A stretch of 64,000 bases of DNA from Carpediemonas membranifera BICM (GCA_019828565.1 JAHDYR010000028.1:1-64000); one strand, 5' to 3'. Shown: positions 31,717-43,200, counted from the first letter of the stretch. A program made the numbers and translations. The notes: generated by a model not told the origin, from the sequence alone.

Positions 31717-33825
31717 TTAGGGCTTGCAGCGGCCCTCGATGCGGGGGTAGAGCGTCACGTCGCGGATGTGGTCGATCCCACACAGCCAGCAGATGAAGCG
31801 GCCGAGCCCGAGACCAAACCCGCCGTGGGGGAAGCCGCCGTACTTGCGGAGGTCGATGTACCAGTAGTAGTCATCGAGGGAGAGACCTTCCTCCTTGAAC
31901 TTGCGGGTGATTGTCTCGAGGTCGGGGATGCGCATGGAGCCGCCGACGACCTCGCCGACACCTGGCAGGAGCAGGTCGGCGCTGAGGGTACGCTGGTCAG
32001 GCTCGGGGAGGGACGCGTCCTGGGCGTCGCGCTCCATGTAGAAGGCCTTCATCTTGGCCAGGAACTTTGTCATGAACACAGGGCGGCCGATGCGCTCCAC
32101 AAGCTCACGCTCGGCGGCCTCGGGGATGTCGTCGCCGACCTCGAAGGGAACGAACTCGGTCTCGACGGAGCCGTCCTCGTTCGTGCGGGTGACCTTCTTG
32201 AGGATGGGGTTGGGGCCCTCGTTGCACATCTTGATGGCGTCCATGTACTCGAGACGCATGAAGGGCCGCTCGAGCTTGGGCGCCTCGGTCTCGCCCTTCC
32301 CGCGGAGCTCCGCGATGATGTCGCCGTGGCGCTCCCAGAGGCCGTCGTAGACGCTGCAGACCATGTCCTCGATGCGGTTGAGGAGGTCATCGAAGGAGAT
32401 GAAGGAGTACTCGACCTCGACGTGGGTGAACTCGGCGAGGTGGCGCCTGGTGTGGGACCGCTCGGCACGGTACGACGGCATGATGCAGTAGACGTCGCCG
32501 AGGGAGGGGCAGATGGTCTCGAGGTAGAGCTGGGACGACTGGGTGAGGTAGGCGGGCTGGCCGAAGTAGTCCAGGGCGAAGAGCGTCGACCCGCCCTCCA
32601 CCATCGTCTGGACCAGCGTCGGCGGGGTGATCTCGAAGACGTTTCGGGAGTCGAAGTGGTCTCTGAACGCCTTCATGGTGTGGGACCGGATGCGGAGGAT
32701 GTTGGACGCGTTGGTACCCCTGTGCACGAGGTGCCGGTTCGTCAGCAGCACGTCGGGGTTCGACTCAAACGTCACCTTCGCCTTCACCTCGCCGTCAGAC
32801 CCGCCCAGAAGCTGCCAGTAGTCGGCCTTGAGCTCCCGGCCGCCGGGCGCGCGCTCGTCGATCTTGATCGTGCCCATGATCTTGAGCGAGCACTCCGCGA
32901 GCAGCTGCTTGGCCTTAAGGCACTTGATCAGCTTCTTCGTGAGGACGCATTGCAGGTAGCCGGATCCGTCACGGAGCGTGACGAAGATGAGGCCGCCGTT
33001 GTTGCGGATACGGTGGGCCCAGCCGTTCACCTCGACGCGCTTGCCGTCATCCTCGGCAGTGATCTCGCGGATTTTGACAGCGGTGGGGGTGGGCAGGCTG
33101 GGGTCGGGCACGGGCACAGAGTAGTCCGACTCGACAGGAGCGGGGGTCGCGGGGGCCTTCTTGGCCTTCTTAGCAGCGTCCTTGCCGAAGATGGGTGTCT
33201 CCTTAGCGAACTCGGGGGTGCCGAAGGTCTCCGTGAAGGCGGGAATGGCGGCCATGGCGTGGAAGTGGCGCATAAGTGCGGGGAACTCGGCGCGGAGGTC
33301 GGGGCCGAGCAGCACACGGTAGACGAAGACCATGATGCTGCTCAGGGCAAAGTCAGCAAGGGAGAGCTCATCGCCGGCGATGAAGGTGTGGGCGGTGAGC
33401 TGGGTGTCAGCAACCTTGAGGAACTTGAGGGCGGCGGCCTTGGAGGGCTCAATCACGACGGGGATCGGCTTCCCAGCACCGACAGCGGCGTGGAACCAGG
33501 GCGCAATGATACCCTCGAGGTCTGTGGAGATGGCGAAGAGCCACTCGCGGACCTGGCCGCGGCTCAGGAAGTCCTTGCCGAGCAGCTTCATCTCGGGGGC
33601 AATCTCGGCGAAGGCCATGGCGATAGCATCAGACTCGCAGATGGTCTTGTCTTCCTCGACAACAAGAGCGGGGATCTTGCCGATTGGGTTGATCTTACGG
33701 TATTCCGGTGTCTTCAGCTCAGCGAGGTCCTTAATCTCCTCAATTTCCAGATCAATGCCGCAGTACTTTGCAACAAACTGGGTATAGAGCCCAAAAGGGG
33801 AAGTAGCCTTCGTGATAAGCTTCAT
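31717..33825 (-). CDS. NARS1: Cytosolic asparaginyl-tRNA synthetase with N-terminal GST/EF1B-gamma-like domain (about 702 aa)
   Basis: NPIGKIPAL..ESDAIA GST fold; OB fold GWAHRIR..LRDGSG; YLTQSSQLYLE, YRAERSHTRRHLAEFTHVE, GEVVGGSMRI, PHGGFGLGLGR. Confidence 0.93.
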   Translation of the reverse strand: MKLITKATSPFGLYTQFVAKYCGIDLEIEEIKDLAELKTPEYRKINPIGKIPALVVEEDKTICESDAIAMAFAEIAPEMKLLGKDFLSRGQVREWLFAISTDLEGIIAPWFHAAVGAGKPIPVVIEPSKAAALKFLKVADTQLTAHTFIAGDELSLADFALSSIMVFVYRVLLGPDLRAEFPALMRHFHAMAAIPAFTETFGTPEFAKETPIFGKDAAKKAKKAPATPAPVESDYSVPVPDPSLPTPTAVKIREITAEDDGKRVEVNGWAHRIRNNGGLIFVTLRDGSGYLQCVLTKKLIKCLKAKQLLAECSLKIMGTIKIDERAPGGRELKADYWQLLGGSDGEVKAKVTFESNPDVLLTNRHLVHRGTNASNILRIRSHTMKAFRDHFDSRNVFEITPPTLVQTMVEGGSTLFALDYFGQPAYLTQSSQLYLETICPSLGDVYCIMPSYRAERSHTRRHLAEFTHVEVEYSFISFDDLLNRIEDMVCSVYDGLWERHGDIIAELRGKGETEAPKLERPFMRLEYMDAIKMCNEGPNPILKKVTRTNEDGSVETEFVPFEVGDDIPEAAERELVERIGRPVFMTKFLAKMKAFYMERDAQDASLPEPDQRTLSADLLLPGVGEVVGGSMRIPDLETITRKFKEEGLSLDDYYWYIDLRKYGGFPHGGFGLGLGRFICWLCGIDHIRDVTLYPRIEGRCKP

Positions 33826-34789
33826 TGAGGCTGGCGAGAATGCTCCCAGAGTCGATCGAGTCGAAAATGAGCTCGATAAAATTATCAAGATTTAAGCATG
33901 TTTGCAGAGCTCAAGGGGCCCTGACTATGTGGTGGCGTGCCTCCCTAGTCCGTGGGATCACCGGCACGCCGCGACCGTCCGTGATGCGCCAGTCCGTCAG
34001 CCGGTTCCGCCGACTGTGCCGCAGGAGATGAGGGAACACCAGGCATGACTTGATAAACCATTCCCCGGGCAGCTCTGGCAGCTCGAGCACAGCAACCACC
34101 GCCGACGCCCCCAGCGCAAAGGGGCACGGTGTCTCATCCGACACGACCAGGGCTGCACCGGGAGGCACGGCCACAGTCGCCGGAGGGAACACAACAACGT
34201 TGGTGTAACCCGCATGTGCGTTGAGCACGCATTGGTCAGTCTGGGCTGTGTGATTGGGGGACGGGGGGCTTACGGGTGATGGTGGTGGCCTTCCAGCCGT
34301 TGGATGAGCGGCGGAGCGTCTCTTCTGCCGCTAGCGAGCTGAGCCAGTGAGAGACGCGCTCGCCATGCATGTTGTGGGCTTCGATAGTCTTTGTGTCGAT
34401 AATATCAGGTGTGGAAGCAGCAAGAGGCGATGCTGGCGCTTCAACGACAGCATCTGCGAGCCATGTTCGATGTGGGATCATGAAACTTCTTTTTGCCATG
34501 GTTCGCAACATTGAACGATCATGGGAGGGTCGCGCAGTTTACAGTGCCTACCGGGGCCAGGTGGGGGCTGCTTCGGCGGCCATCTAACCAGGCAACAAGT
34601 CACCTCATGCCGCGCGGGGCGCGGTTTTGCTGATGTTTACGTGAGCGTGTATAAATTGAGTACGGTGCGCCCGCCATCCTCGGCAAGAATAACTTCGAAT
34701 CGACTGTCGCCAAACTGCGCGGTGACGTCGCCCTCGCGAGCCCCACCATGTGGGCCCCGAAGAAGCCCGCTGGGGTCATCAGGGCAGAG

Positions 34790-35566
34790 AAGGCCGAACG
34801 GGAACTCGCCCAGGCCAAGCGGTAGATCGCGACGCTGAAGGAGAAGCTGGCACGGGTGGAGGCCAAACTGAAGGGGGGGGGGCAGCAGAAGAAGTACCGC
34901 AACCATGGCGGAGGGTCTTATAAACCCTCTAGATACTTGTCTTCGGCATCGACCAACCCCACGCCCAGTCCCAATCAGCCAAGCCCTGTGAGTTGGGTGG
35001 ACCCCACACGGGTCATCCTGTCGTCGGTAGAGCGTATGATTGACCCGGACTCATGGGCAGACTGTTCACTGCTGATATCGGATGCCGAGGCCAACTGGGC
35101 GCGGCTCAAAGTCAGGACCATCCCGGTCCCCCCGGAGCTATTTACCGTCGACAGCAAGCCGCTGTTGGTAATTGGTGCGACCAGTACAAAGCTCACAGTC
35201 GACGGCAACCACGTCGAGGCCACGGCGATCGTTGTCAGGATGGCCCACCCGATCGTCATTGGCCGGCAAGGAGGCTGGCTCATGGGCCGCCCGGACCTGC
35301 CGCCACTCGGGACAGGGATCACGAAGAGGAACATGGCGCGCCAGGGGCGTCGCTCGGGCTCCCGGGTGACAGCACTCGCTCGGCGCATCGAGTCTAGCCG
35401 CAGAGCCCCAGCACAGGAGAGCAACCAGCGAGCAGCCAGAGCCAGCCCCCACCCTGGGCAGGCACGCCAGCACTCGGGGCGACCCCGGTTCGGCAAGTCA
35501 TCGAAGAACAGAGTGGCGGTACATTCCCCACCCCCAGCTCCACGGGTGGAGCCGCGACCGTGGTAA
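34790..35566 (+). pseudogene. Degenerate retroelement Gag/aspartic-protease-like relic
   Basis: IDPDSWADCSLLIS resembles DSGAxxSLI, followed by TVDSKPLLVIG...IVIG. Confidence 0.35.
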
Positions 35567-36092
35567 CACCTCACACCACCGGCGAGTCCATCGCCTCGGG
35601 AGACCTGATCGCAGCCGCAGCAGGTGGCACCATAGCCACACCCGAGCTGGGCCTAGGGGCGACCGTCGCCACACCAGATGCTGCTACACGGAGGCGAGGC
35701 CCCCCAGCAACGATCGAGGCGCGAAGGCACAAGCCAGAAGCGCAGAGGTTCACGTGGGGTTGTTCGTAAAAAACTGCATGACTACAGAATTTGGACGAGA
35801 AAGCCACCAGAAGCTCCAGAACCTCGCCAACGCTGTCAATGAATGTCAAACTCAGATGGATGTCGGGCGGGGAGAGCGATTGTGAGGGTGACTGGCCGGT
35901 TGCACGAGCATGGCACGGGCAACGCCTTGATAGCACCCTCAAAATCGCTCTCTCCGTCTTCAGGTTCCCATGGTTCTGCTGAGTCGCCCAGCAACACGCT
36001 CAATACCGGTGGCGCAGGATGATCAAATCGACCGCCGTGGCGCGACTTTGGTCAAGCGAACCGAATCAATCCATTTACATCTAACCATCTAC

Positions 36093-39000
36093 TCACTTAA
36101 ACCCGGGCTTTTTCGGCCTCCGAAGTGCCATGCCAGCACCGAAACTGGCGGCAATGCCGGCCCCCATCAAACCCCAGCGGACGCCGTTCAGACGACGGCC
36201 TTCGGTTCCGACCACTGCACGCTCCGTGGTTTCCTCCACAGAATCCTTAGCCCCAGTAGGAGTCTGCTCCTGGTGCTGGGCGATCGCTATCCTGAGGCTC
36301 TCGACCTCTTGTTCCAGCGCTGCCTTCTCGGCGGTGACTGTGGCCAGAGCAGCCTCGAGATGGCTAATGGTGTCGTTGTTGGCGTCGACTGAGCTTGCAA
36401 GACGCGTTTCGAGCGCGGCCTTATCGAATAGAAGGTCGGCGACGGCAACCTTGTGCTCCTCGGTGGCCGAGACAAGTGCGGCCTCGAGCGTGTCCTTCTC
36501 GTCTGCGATGGAGTCGACCTTGCCCTTCAGCTCGGCCTGCTCCTTGCGGAGCTCCGCGAACTTCTGCTTCAGCTCGGTCTGGGTCGACTCACTGTCGTTG
36601 GTGGCGGCGTCGATGCGGCTCTCGAGGGCAGCCTTCTCCTGGGTGGCGGAGGCGACCTGGGTCTCGAGGGCGTCCTTCTCAGCGCGGGCCGCGTCGAGCT
36701 TCTCAGCGAGCTCGGCCTGGGCGGCGTCACGCTCGCCGGCGACTTCCGCGAGGCGGGCCTCGAGCGCGGCCTTCTCGTCTGCGATGGAGTCGACCTTGCC
36801 CTTCAGCTCGGCCTGCTCCTTGCGGAGCTCCGCGAACTTCTGCTTCAGCTCGGTCTGGGTCGACTCACTGTCGTTGGTGGCGGCGTCGATGCGGCTCTCG
36901 AGGGCAGCCTTCTCCTGGGTGGCGGAGGCGACCTGGGTCTCGAGGGCGTCCTTCTCAGCGCGGGCCGCGTCGAGCTTCTCAGCGAGCTCGGCCTGGGCGG
37001 CGTCACGCTCGCCGGCGACTTCCGCGAGGCGGGCCTCGAGCGCGGCCTTCTCGTCTGCGATGGAGTCGACCTTGCCCTTCAGCTCGGCCTGCTCCTTGCG
37101 GAGCTCCGCGAACTTCTGCTTCAGCTCGGTCTGGGTCGACTCACTGTCGTTGGTGGCGGCGTCGATGCGGCTCTCGAGGGCAGCCTTCTCCTGGGTGGCG
37201 GAGGCGACCTGGGTCTCGAGGGCGTCCTTCTCAGCGCGGGCCGCGTCGAGCTTCTCAGCGAGCTCGGCCTGGGCGGCGTCACGCTCGCCGGCGACTTCCG
37301 CGAGGCGGGCCTCGAGCGCGGCCTTCTCGTCTGCGATGGAGTCGACCTTGCCCTTCAGCTCGGCCTGCTCCTTGCGGAGCTCCGCGAACTTCTGCTTCAG
37401 CTCGGTCTGGGTCGACTCACTGTCGTTGGTGGCGGCGTCGATGCGGCTCTCGAGGGCAGCCTTCTCCTGGGTGGCGGAGGCGACCTGGGTCTCGAGGGCG
37501 TCCTTCTCAGCGCGGGCCGCGTCGAGCTTCTCAGCGAGCTCGGCCTGGGCGGCGTCACGCTCGCCGGCGACTTCCGCGAGGCGGGCCTCGAGCGCGGCCT
37601 TCTCGTCTGCGATGGAGTCGACCTTGCCCTTCAGCTCGGCCTGCTCCTTGCGGAGCTCCGCGAACTTCTGCTTCAGCTCGGTCTGGGTCGACTCACTGTC
37701 GTTGGTGGCGGCGTCGATGCGGCTCTCGAGGGCAGCCTTCTCCTGGGTGGCGGAGGCGACCTGGGTCTCGAGGGCGTCCTTCTCAGCGCGGGCCGCGTCG
37801 AGCTTCTCAGCGAGCTCGGCCTGGGCGGCGTCACGCTCGCCGGCGACTTCCGCGAGGCGGGCCTCGAGCGCGGCCTTCTCGTCTGCGATGGAGTCGACCT
37901 TGCCCTTCAGCTCGGCCTGCTCCTTGCGGAGCTCCGCGAACTTCTGCTTCAGCTCGGTCTGGGTCGACTCACTGTCGTTGGTGGCGGCGTCGATGCGGCT
38001 CTCGAGGGCAGCCTTCTCCTGGGTGGCGGAGGCGACCTGGGTCTCGAGGGCGTCCTTCTCAGCGCGGGCCGCGTCGAGCTTCTCAGCGAGCTCGGCCTGG
38101 GCGGCGTCACGCTCGCCGGCGACTTCCGCGAGGCGGGCCTCGAGCGCGGCCTTCTCGTCTGCGATGGAGTCGACCTTGCCCTTCAGCTCGGCCTGCTCCT
38201 TGCGGAGCTCCGCGAACTTCTGCTTCAGCTCGGTCTGGGTCGACTCACTGTCGTTGGTGGCGGCGTCGATGCGGCTCTCGAGGGCAGCCTTCTCCTGGGT
38301 GGCGGAGGCGACCTGGGTCTCGAGGGCGTCCTTCTCAGCGCGGGCCGCGTCGAGCTTCTCAGCGAGCTCGGCCTGGGCGGCGTCACGCTCGCCGGCGACT
38401 TCCGCGAGGCGGGCCTCGAGCGCGGCCTTCTCGTCTGCGATGGAGTCGACCTTGCCCTTCAGCTCGGCCTGCTCCTTGCGGAGCTCCGCGAACTTCCTGT
38501 TTGCGGTCTTCTTGAGCTCCTTGACAGTCTTCTCGTGTTCGACCTCATCAACCTCTCTCCTCTCGGCCATCCTTTCATTCTCCTCGCGGACACTCGCCAA
38601 CTCGCCCTCGACCTGCACCAGCCTCGCCTTGAGATCATCAGCCCTCGCCTCCGCCTCTCCGAGCCCGCTCGCCCGCTGCTCGTGCATCTGGCTGATTGTC
38701 TGCTCCAGGGCAAACACGGCCAGCCTGTGCTCCTCGGCCTGGTCTCTGAGCCGCCCTTCAAGCTCTGCCCGCTCGGCCCTTAGCGCCTCCACCACGGTCT
38801 CGAGGTCAGACTCAGTCGCCTGGGTCGTTGACTGCGCCTCGACAAGTCTGGTCTGAAGAGCCGCGGTCTCCTCGGTCAGAGCCGCGATCCTCGAGTGGAG
38901 GGTGGCCTCGGTGTAGTCCCGGTCCTTGAGCGCCTCTGTTGTGCGCCGGGCAGTGGCGCGGGACTCCTCCTCGAGCGAGGCGACTCTACTGTGGAGCTGC

Positions 39001-40595
39001 GTCTTCTCGCCGTCCAGTTTGGCCACAGTCTGTCTCAGCTTCGTGATTACTCCGTTGGCGACGTCCTTTGCCCGCTGCATGCCAGCCAGGTCTCCCTTCA
39101 GCGCTGTCACAGTCTCCTCGAGCTCTGCAACATCTTCTTTTGCCTGCCGCACCTGCACTTCGAGCACGGAGCGGCCCTCCATGACTTTGTGTGCTCGCTC
39201 TTGGCCCTCGACAGCCCTCTCCTCGACTAACTGAAGCTTCTTGGCCAGTGTCTTGTTCTCCTTCTCCATCGCCTCGAGCTTCGTCTCATTCTTAATGCGC
39301 GCCCGGTCGAGCTCGAGGGTTTTGGCCTCGGATGCTTCGAGAAGGTCCTGTAACTCACCGATCTTCTCCGTCAGAGCTAGCTTGGCCGCCTGGGAAGCCT
39401 TCAGCTTGGACTCAACGAGTTGCCGCTCGACCTCGGCGTCCTCGACGGCCTGCTCGAGGTCATCGCGGTCTTGCAGGATGTCCGTGTGTGAGGTAGCCAC
39501 GTCATCGTACTTGGCCTTGAGTACCTTGTAAACCTGCTCGGATTCAATCAGAGAGACCTTGAGGGTGCGGGTAGTCTCGGTGAGTGTGGCAAGCTCGGCG
39601 TTGTTCTTCTCGCGCTCGGAAGTGAGGCTCGCTACACGGGCTTGGAGGCCAGCGTGCTCGGTGCGGAGAATGCTGTAGTTCTTGGACATCCGCTTGTGCT
39701 CCTTCTTGAGTCCGTCGAGCTCCCGGGAGGCAGCCTCAGCCTTGGTCTCGAAGTCCGTCTTTTGGAGACGAAGAACGTTGAGCTCTTCCTCGAGATCAAC
39801 GCTCGAGCCACGCCGAGCCTTCGCCTCGTTGGCCTCAACCACGAAGTGCTCCATGGCTGCCCTCTGCTGGTCTAGCGCGTCGCATCGCATCTTCATCTCG
39901 CGCAGCTCATCCTCGAGGGCATCGGTCCGAAGCGCCTTGCCTTGCGCCTCACGCAGCTGCTCCACCATGACCGAGAATGAGTTGTCCATGCGCTCCTTCT
40001 CGGCTCTGAGGGTCGATATCGTCTCCCGAAGCACGCGCTGCTCGTCTTTCGCCTGGCTCACCCATTCTTCGCCGAAAGAACGGACAGTCTCCCTAATACG
40101 GTCCATGTCCCTGATTTTGGCCCGCTCCTCCTCAGTCTCGGCGTCCTCGTGGGCGCGGAGGACGGCCAGTTCGGCCTTGAGCCACTCGTTTTCGCGTGTG
40201 GCCCAGAAGACGATCTCCTCCTTCGTCGTGTTGACCTGAGCGAGCGCCTTGTTATCACGCTGCAGGTCCATGATCATCTCCTTCAGGTCGAAGAGGTTGT
40301 TGCTCAGGTTGTCACTCTCAACAATCCTCAGCCAGTCGTTGCGGGGCGATGTCGGTGCTGAGGCGTGCTGACTGCCGTAGCCAGCAGGAGGCTTCATCTT
40401 TGATGATGAACGTCCGCGAATCGGTACGCTAGCCTCGCTTTTTGCATCCCCGCGCTTTGAAAAGGGCGAACCAAGGATGGGAGTGGCCATGCTGACTGCA
40501 CGCTGCCGTAAGCTCAGCGTATTGCGCCTACCACCACTAGAATTCGATTGCCTTGACGGCGAAGCTCCTTCTGCAACAGAGCTCCGAGGTGGCAT
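36093..40595 (-). CDS. Long coiled-coil protein (about 1500 aa) with 92-aa tandem repeats and a C-terminal tail anchor
   Basis: E/K/A/L-rich heptads; C-terminus GVRWGLMGAGIAASFGAGMALRRPKKPGFK; first ATG at 40595. Confidence 0.85.
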   Translation of the reverse strand: MPPRSSVAEGASPSRQSNSSGGRRNTLSLRQRAVSMATPILGSPFSKRGDAKSEASVPIRGRSSSKMKPPAGYGSQHASAPTSPRNDWLRIVESDNLSNNLFDLKEMIMDLQRDNKALAQVNTTKEEIVFWATRENEWLKAELAVLRAHEDAETEEERAKIRDMDRIRETVRSFGEEWVSQAKDEQRVLRETISTLRAEKERMDNSFSVMVEQLREAQGKALRTDALEDELREMKMRCDALDQQRAAMEHFVVEANEAKARRGSSVDLEEELNVLRLQKTDFETKAEAASRELDGLKKEHKRMSKNYSILRTEHAGLQARVASLTSEREKNNAELATLTETTRTLKVSLIESEQVYKVLKAKYDDVATSHTDILQDRDDLEQAVEDAEVERQLVESKLKASQAAKLALTEKIGELQDLLEASEAKTLELDRARIKNETKLEAMEKENKTLAKKLQLVEERAVEGQERAHKVMEGRSVLEVQVRQAKEDVAELEETVTALKGDLAGMQRAKDVANGVITKLRQTVAKLDGEKTQLHSRVASLEEESRATARRTTEALKDRDYTEATLHSRIAALTEETAALQTRLVEAQSTTQATESDLETVVEALRAERAELEGRLRDQAEEHRLAVFALEQTISQMHEQRASGLGEAEARADDLKARLVQVEGELASVREENERMAERREVDEVEHEKTVKELKKTANRKFAELRKEQAELKGKVDSIADEKAALEARLAEVAGERDAAQAELAEKLDAARAEKDALETQVASATQEKAALESRIDAATNDSESTQTELKQKFAELRKEQAELKGKVDSIADEKAALEARLAEVAGERDAAQAELAEKLDAARAEKDALETQVASATQEKAALESRIDAATNDSESTQTELKQKFAELRKEQAELKGKVDSIADEKAALEARLAEVAGERDAAQAELAEKLDAARAEKDALETQVASATQEKAALESRIDAATNDSESTQTELKQKFAELRKEQAELKGKVDSIADEKAALEARLAEVAGERDAAQAELAEKLDAARAEKDALETQVASATQEKAALESRIDAATNDSESTQTELKQKFAELRKEQAELKGKVDSIADEKAALEARLAEVAGERDAAQAELAEKLDAARAEKDALETQVASATQEKAALESRIDAATNDSESTQTELKQKFAELRKEQAELKGKVDSIADEKAALEARLAEVAGERDAAQAELAEKLDAARAEKDALETQVASATQEKAALESRIDAATNDSESTQTELKQKFAELRKEQAELKGKVDSIADEKAALEARLAEVAGERDAAQAELAEKLDAARAEKDALETQVASATQEKAALESRIDAATNDSESTQTELKQKFAELRKEQAELKGKVDSIADEKDTLEAALVSATEEHKVAVADLLFDKAALETRLASSVDANNDTISHLEAALATVTAEKAALEQEVESLRIAIAQHQEQTPTGAKDSVEETTERAVVGTEGRRLNGVRWGLMGAGIAASFGAGMALRRPKKPGFK
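36481..38497. repeat. Coding tandem repeat, 276-bp unit, about 7.3 apparently identical copies
   Basis: GTCTGCGATG recurs at 36501, 36777, 37053, 37329, 37605, 37881, 38157 and 38433. Confidence 0.95.
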
Positions 40596-41240
40596 GCCTC
40601 TAATGGCGTTCGTCAAAAATTTAACTCACCCGATCGCCTCCCGATCTCCAGGCAAAGCAAGCTCATAGACCGCACACCATGCCGGGGCTGTGCCCACTAG
40701 CTCAGCCAAGTCGGGGTCATTTTTTCGATCAATCAGGCAATCTTCTCGGTCGAATCTGCGTCTGTGATCGAGACGAAATCAAGCGGAATCACTCACTTTC
40801 TCAGCAATGCATCGGGCTCGCATAGTAAATGATGTCCCTTACTCCTCAATTCTGCACGTCAATGCACGACCTGACCTAATCAATTGATTGGTCACGATCA
40901 TTGTCACCCCTTGAACGAACCCCAGAAGCTCACTAAGCTAACAGATGCAGAACGCACCCGTTGCTGTGACCAGAACCTCTGCTTTAGGTGCCCGGTCACT
41001 GTGCAGCTGACTGCCCCAACGCAGCAACCGAGATGATCAACATACGACATGGCCGACCCTCGCAACCTTGCTATCTCCGTCGCCCCCGCTGGCAAACCCT
41101 ACGCGGCAGATGCGGCTAATATCTGAGAACCACGCACTTGCCCTGAACCTGGTCCTTCGCCCCTCCGCGGCGAGAATCGAGTGTGTGAAGCTCTGTGGCA
41201 CCCTTGTAAACAAGGCTGAGTCCCGTGATCCTAAGTCAGT

Positions 41241-42913
41241 TTACTTCTTAGCGGGGTCGACGGCCCGGGCAGGGGCGGACCATCCCTTGGGGATGTTGAA
41301 GTCGGAGATGATCTCGCGGTGGCAGGACCAGACGAGACGGATGGCCTCGACGGTGCCGATGCCAGCGCCACGTGGGTCGCCGGCAGGGCCGAACCAGTGG
41401 TTCTGGGGCGCACCGGTCGTCCGGGCCCTGGCGCCGGCATATGTGGTGCCGTTGACGGTGTGGCCGAGGACGTACTGGACGAAGTTGATGTCGTTGGACA
41501 CGACGGCCGCAGTGAGGTGGGCGTTCATTCGCTCGGTCATCTCGATGACCTTGTCGATCTCGCCCTCCTTGTACCGGATCAGCACACAGAACGGCCCGAA
41601 TATCTCAGTCGTCACGACCGGGAAATTCTCCGGCTTCAGCGCCTGCTCGAGGGGGACCTCGACGAGGGTGGGCTGGTAGAGGCCGTACTTGGCAGGGACC
41701 GCCGTGCCATCGACAGCCTTGCCGCCGAAGACGACCTTGCCGCCCATGGCGACGAGCTTGTCCTGGTGTGCCTTGATGTCGGCGCTGGTGTGGGAGAGGA
41801 CGGGGGGGATCGACAGTTCCTCGAACGAACGGGTGCCGGCGTAGTGCTCAAAGCGGGCGAGGAAGTCCGTCTTGTCGTAGGCCTCGTGCATGAAGAGGAT
41901 CGACTGGGCAGAGCACTTCTGTCCGCCAAAGGCATACGCGTCGTTGTCGGCGCACCACGCCTTGTACTCGACGTCGTCCGTGTCAGGACCGAGGATCTTC
42001 CAGTCGAAGCCGGCGTCCTCGATCTTGATCTTGCCGTTGGTGATGCGGGAGAGCTCCTCAGCGACACCAGACGAGCCCGTGAACTGCAGCATGCGGGGCT
42101 GGGCCTTCTCGACGATGGCCCCCATGGTGCGACCCGAGCAGTGGATCATCTCGATGGCGTCATTGGGGGCGCCGCAGTAGTGCATGAGCTTGATCCACTC
42201 CTGCATGACGAGTGACGTCATCGAAGCGCACTTGAGCAGCACCTTGTTGCCCATGTACAGGGCGCCCATGATCTGGAGCACGGGGATCTCCAGGGGGAAG
42301 TTGAAGGGCGCGATGACCATGACGGGGCCGTAGGGCCAGCGGGTGCCCGTCGACACCTGGCCCATGTAGTCGCCCGAGACATTGAACGAGCGGGCAAGGA
42401 AACGGACCTGGTCAGCGCAGAAGTTGCGGATGAATGCACGGGTAACCATGACCTCCTTCATGGCCTGGTCGTAGTCCTTGGGCGCCACACGCTGGATGCA
42501 GCGGGCGAAGAAGCGGAACACCTCGGGCTTGTCAAGCTCGACGGCGAGCTTGGAGGTGATCTCACCCCACATGTTATACTTCTCGGGGTTCTTGTACATG
42601 TTGTGGAGGCCGGACTTGGGGCAAGAGTTGAGGTTGGTGATGAATTCATCGGCCTCCTCCATGGTGGTGTTGGGCATCTTGAGGAAAGCCTCACCGTTAC
42701 TGTGTGAGAAATGGAGCGCTCAGCACATCTTGACAGCATCAAGCGGTTGTGGATCTTGATGAGCGAAGATGATACGGTGAGATTTGATACAAACGTAGGA
42801 TCAACGACGTCAATGCACTTCTCGCTACGCCGCCACTCACCGGATACGAAATTGGTCATGTGGTAGGGCTTGGCGCCGCATACGGTATCAGGATCGAAGT
42901 CAGTGAACTGCAT
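41241..42913 (-). CDS. P5CDH: Delta-1-pyrroline-5-carboxylate dehydrogenase (ALDH12-type), exons 42913-42795 and 42699-41241, about 525 aa
   Basis: RWPYGPV..APFNFPLEIP, FTGSS, EDAGFDWK, GQKCSAQS, EIFGP, NGTTYAGARARTTGAPQNHWFGPAGDPRGAGIGT. A 95-nt intron GTTTGT...CTCACACAG restores VDPTNGEAF. Confidence 0.9.
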
Positions 42914-43200
42914 GGCGATGTTTTGTTCGAATGTTGTTGTTCTGTCAAGGGTGTTGACGAATGGGGACCGCGCGAAATTTGACCCGCGTTGATTGCCGGA
43001 CAAGGGGCTTAAGAAGGGTGATGCGAGCAGAGGAGTTCCATTACAGAGTTGGGCTTCGCCGTTCTTAACTGGACGCCAAGACCCAGGCCCGAGGGACCCC
43101 GAGGGACGTCCAGATGACGGCAACGTTAGCCTGTTTCCCATCAAATAAACCGCCATTACACTAACGACGCCGAGTTTATGATAAGTTTGTTCCGATTGCC

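Noticed and set aside
31582-33828. 748-aa + strand ORF exactly antisense to AsnRS
   Set aside because: Shadow ORF caused by strong GC3 codon bias; no recognisable motifs.
33911-34511. Two short minus-strand ORFs upstream of AsnRS
   Set aside because: Could be a small host gene, but no homology or splice evidence is visible.
36481-38497. Possible CRISPR-like array
   Set aside because: Head-to-tail coding repeat with no unique spacers, in a eukaryotic context.
36130-38856. Three long + strand ORFs (908, 776 and 706 aa)
   Set aside because: Stop-free antisense frames propagated by the 276-bp repeat.
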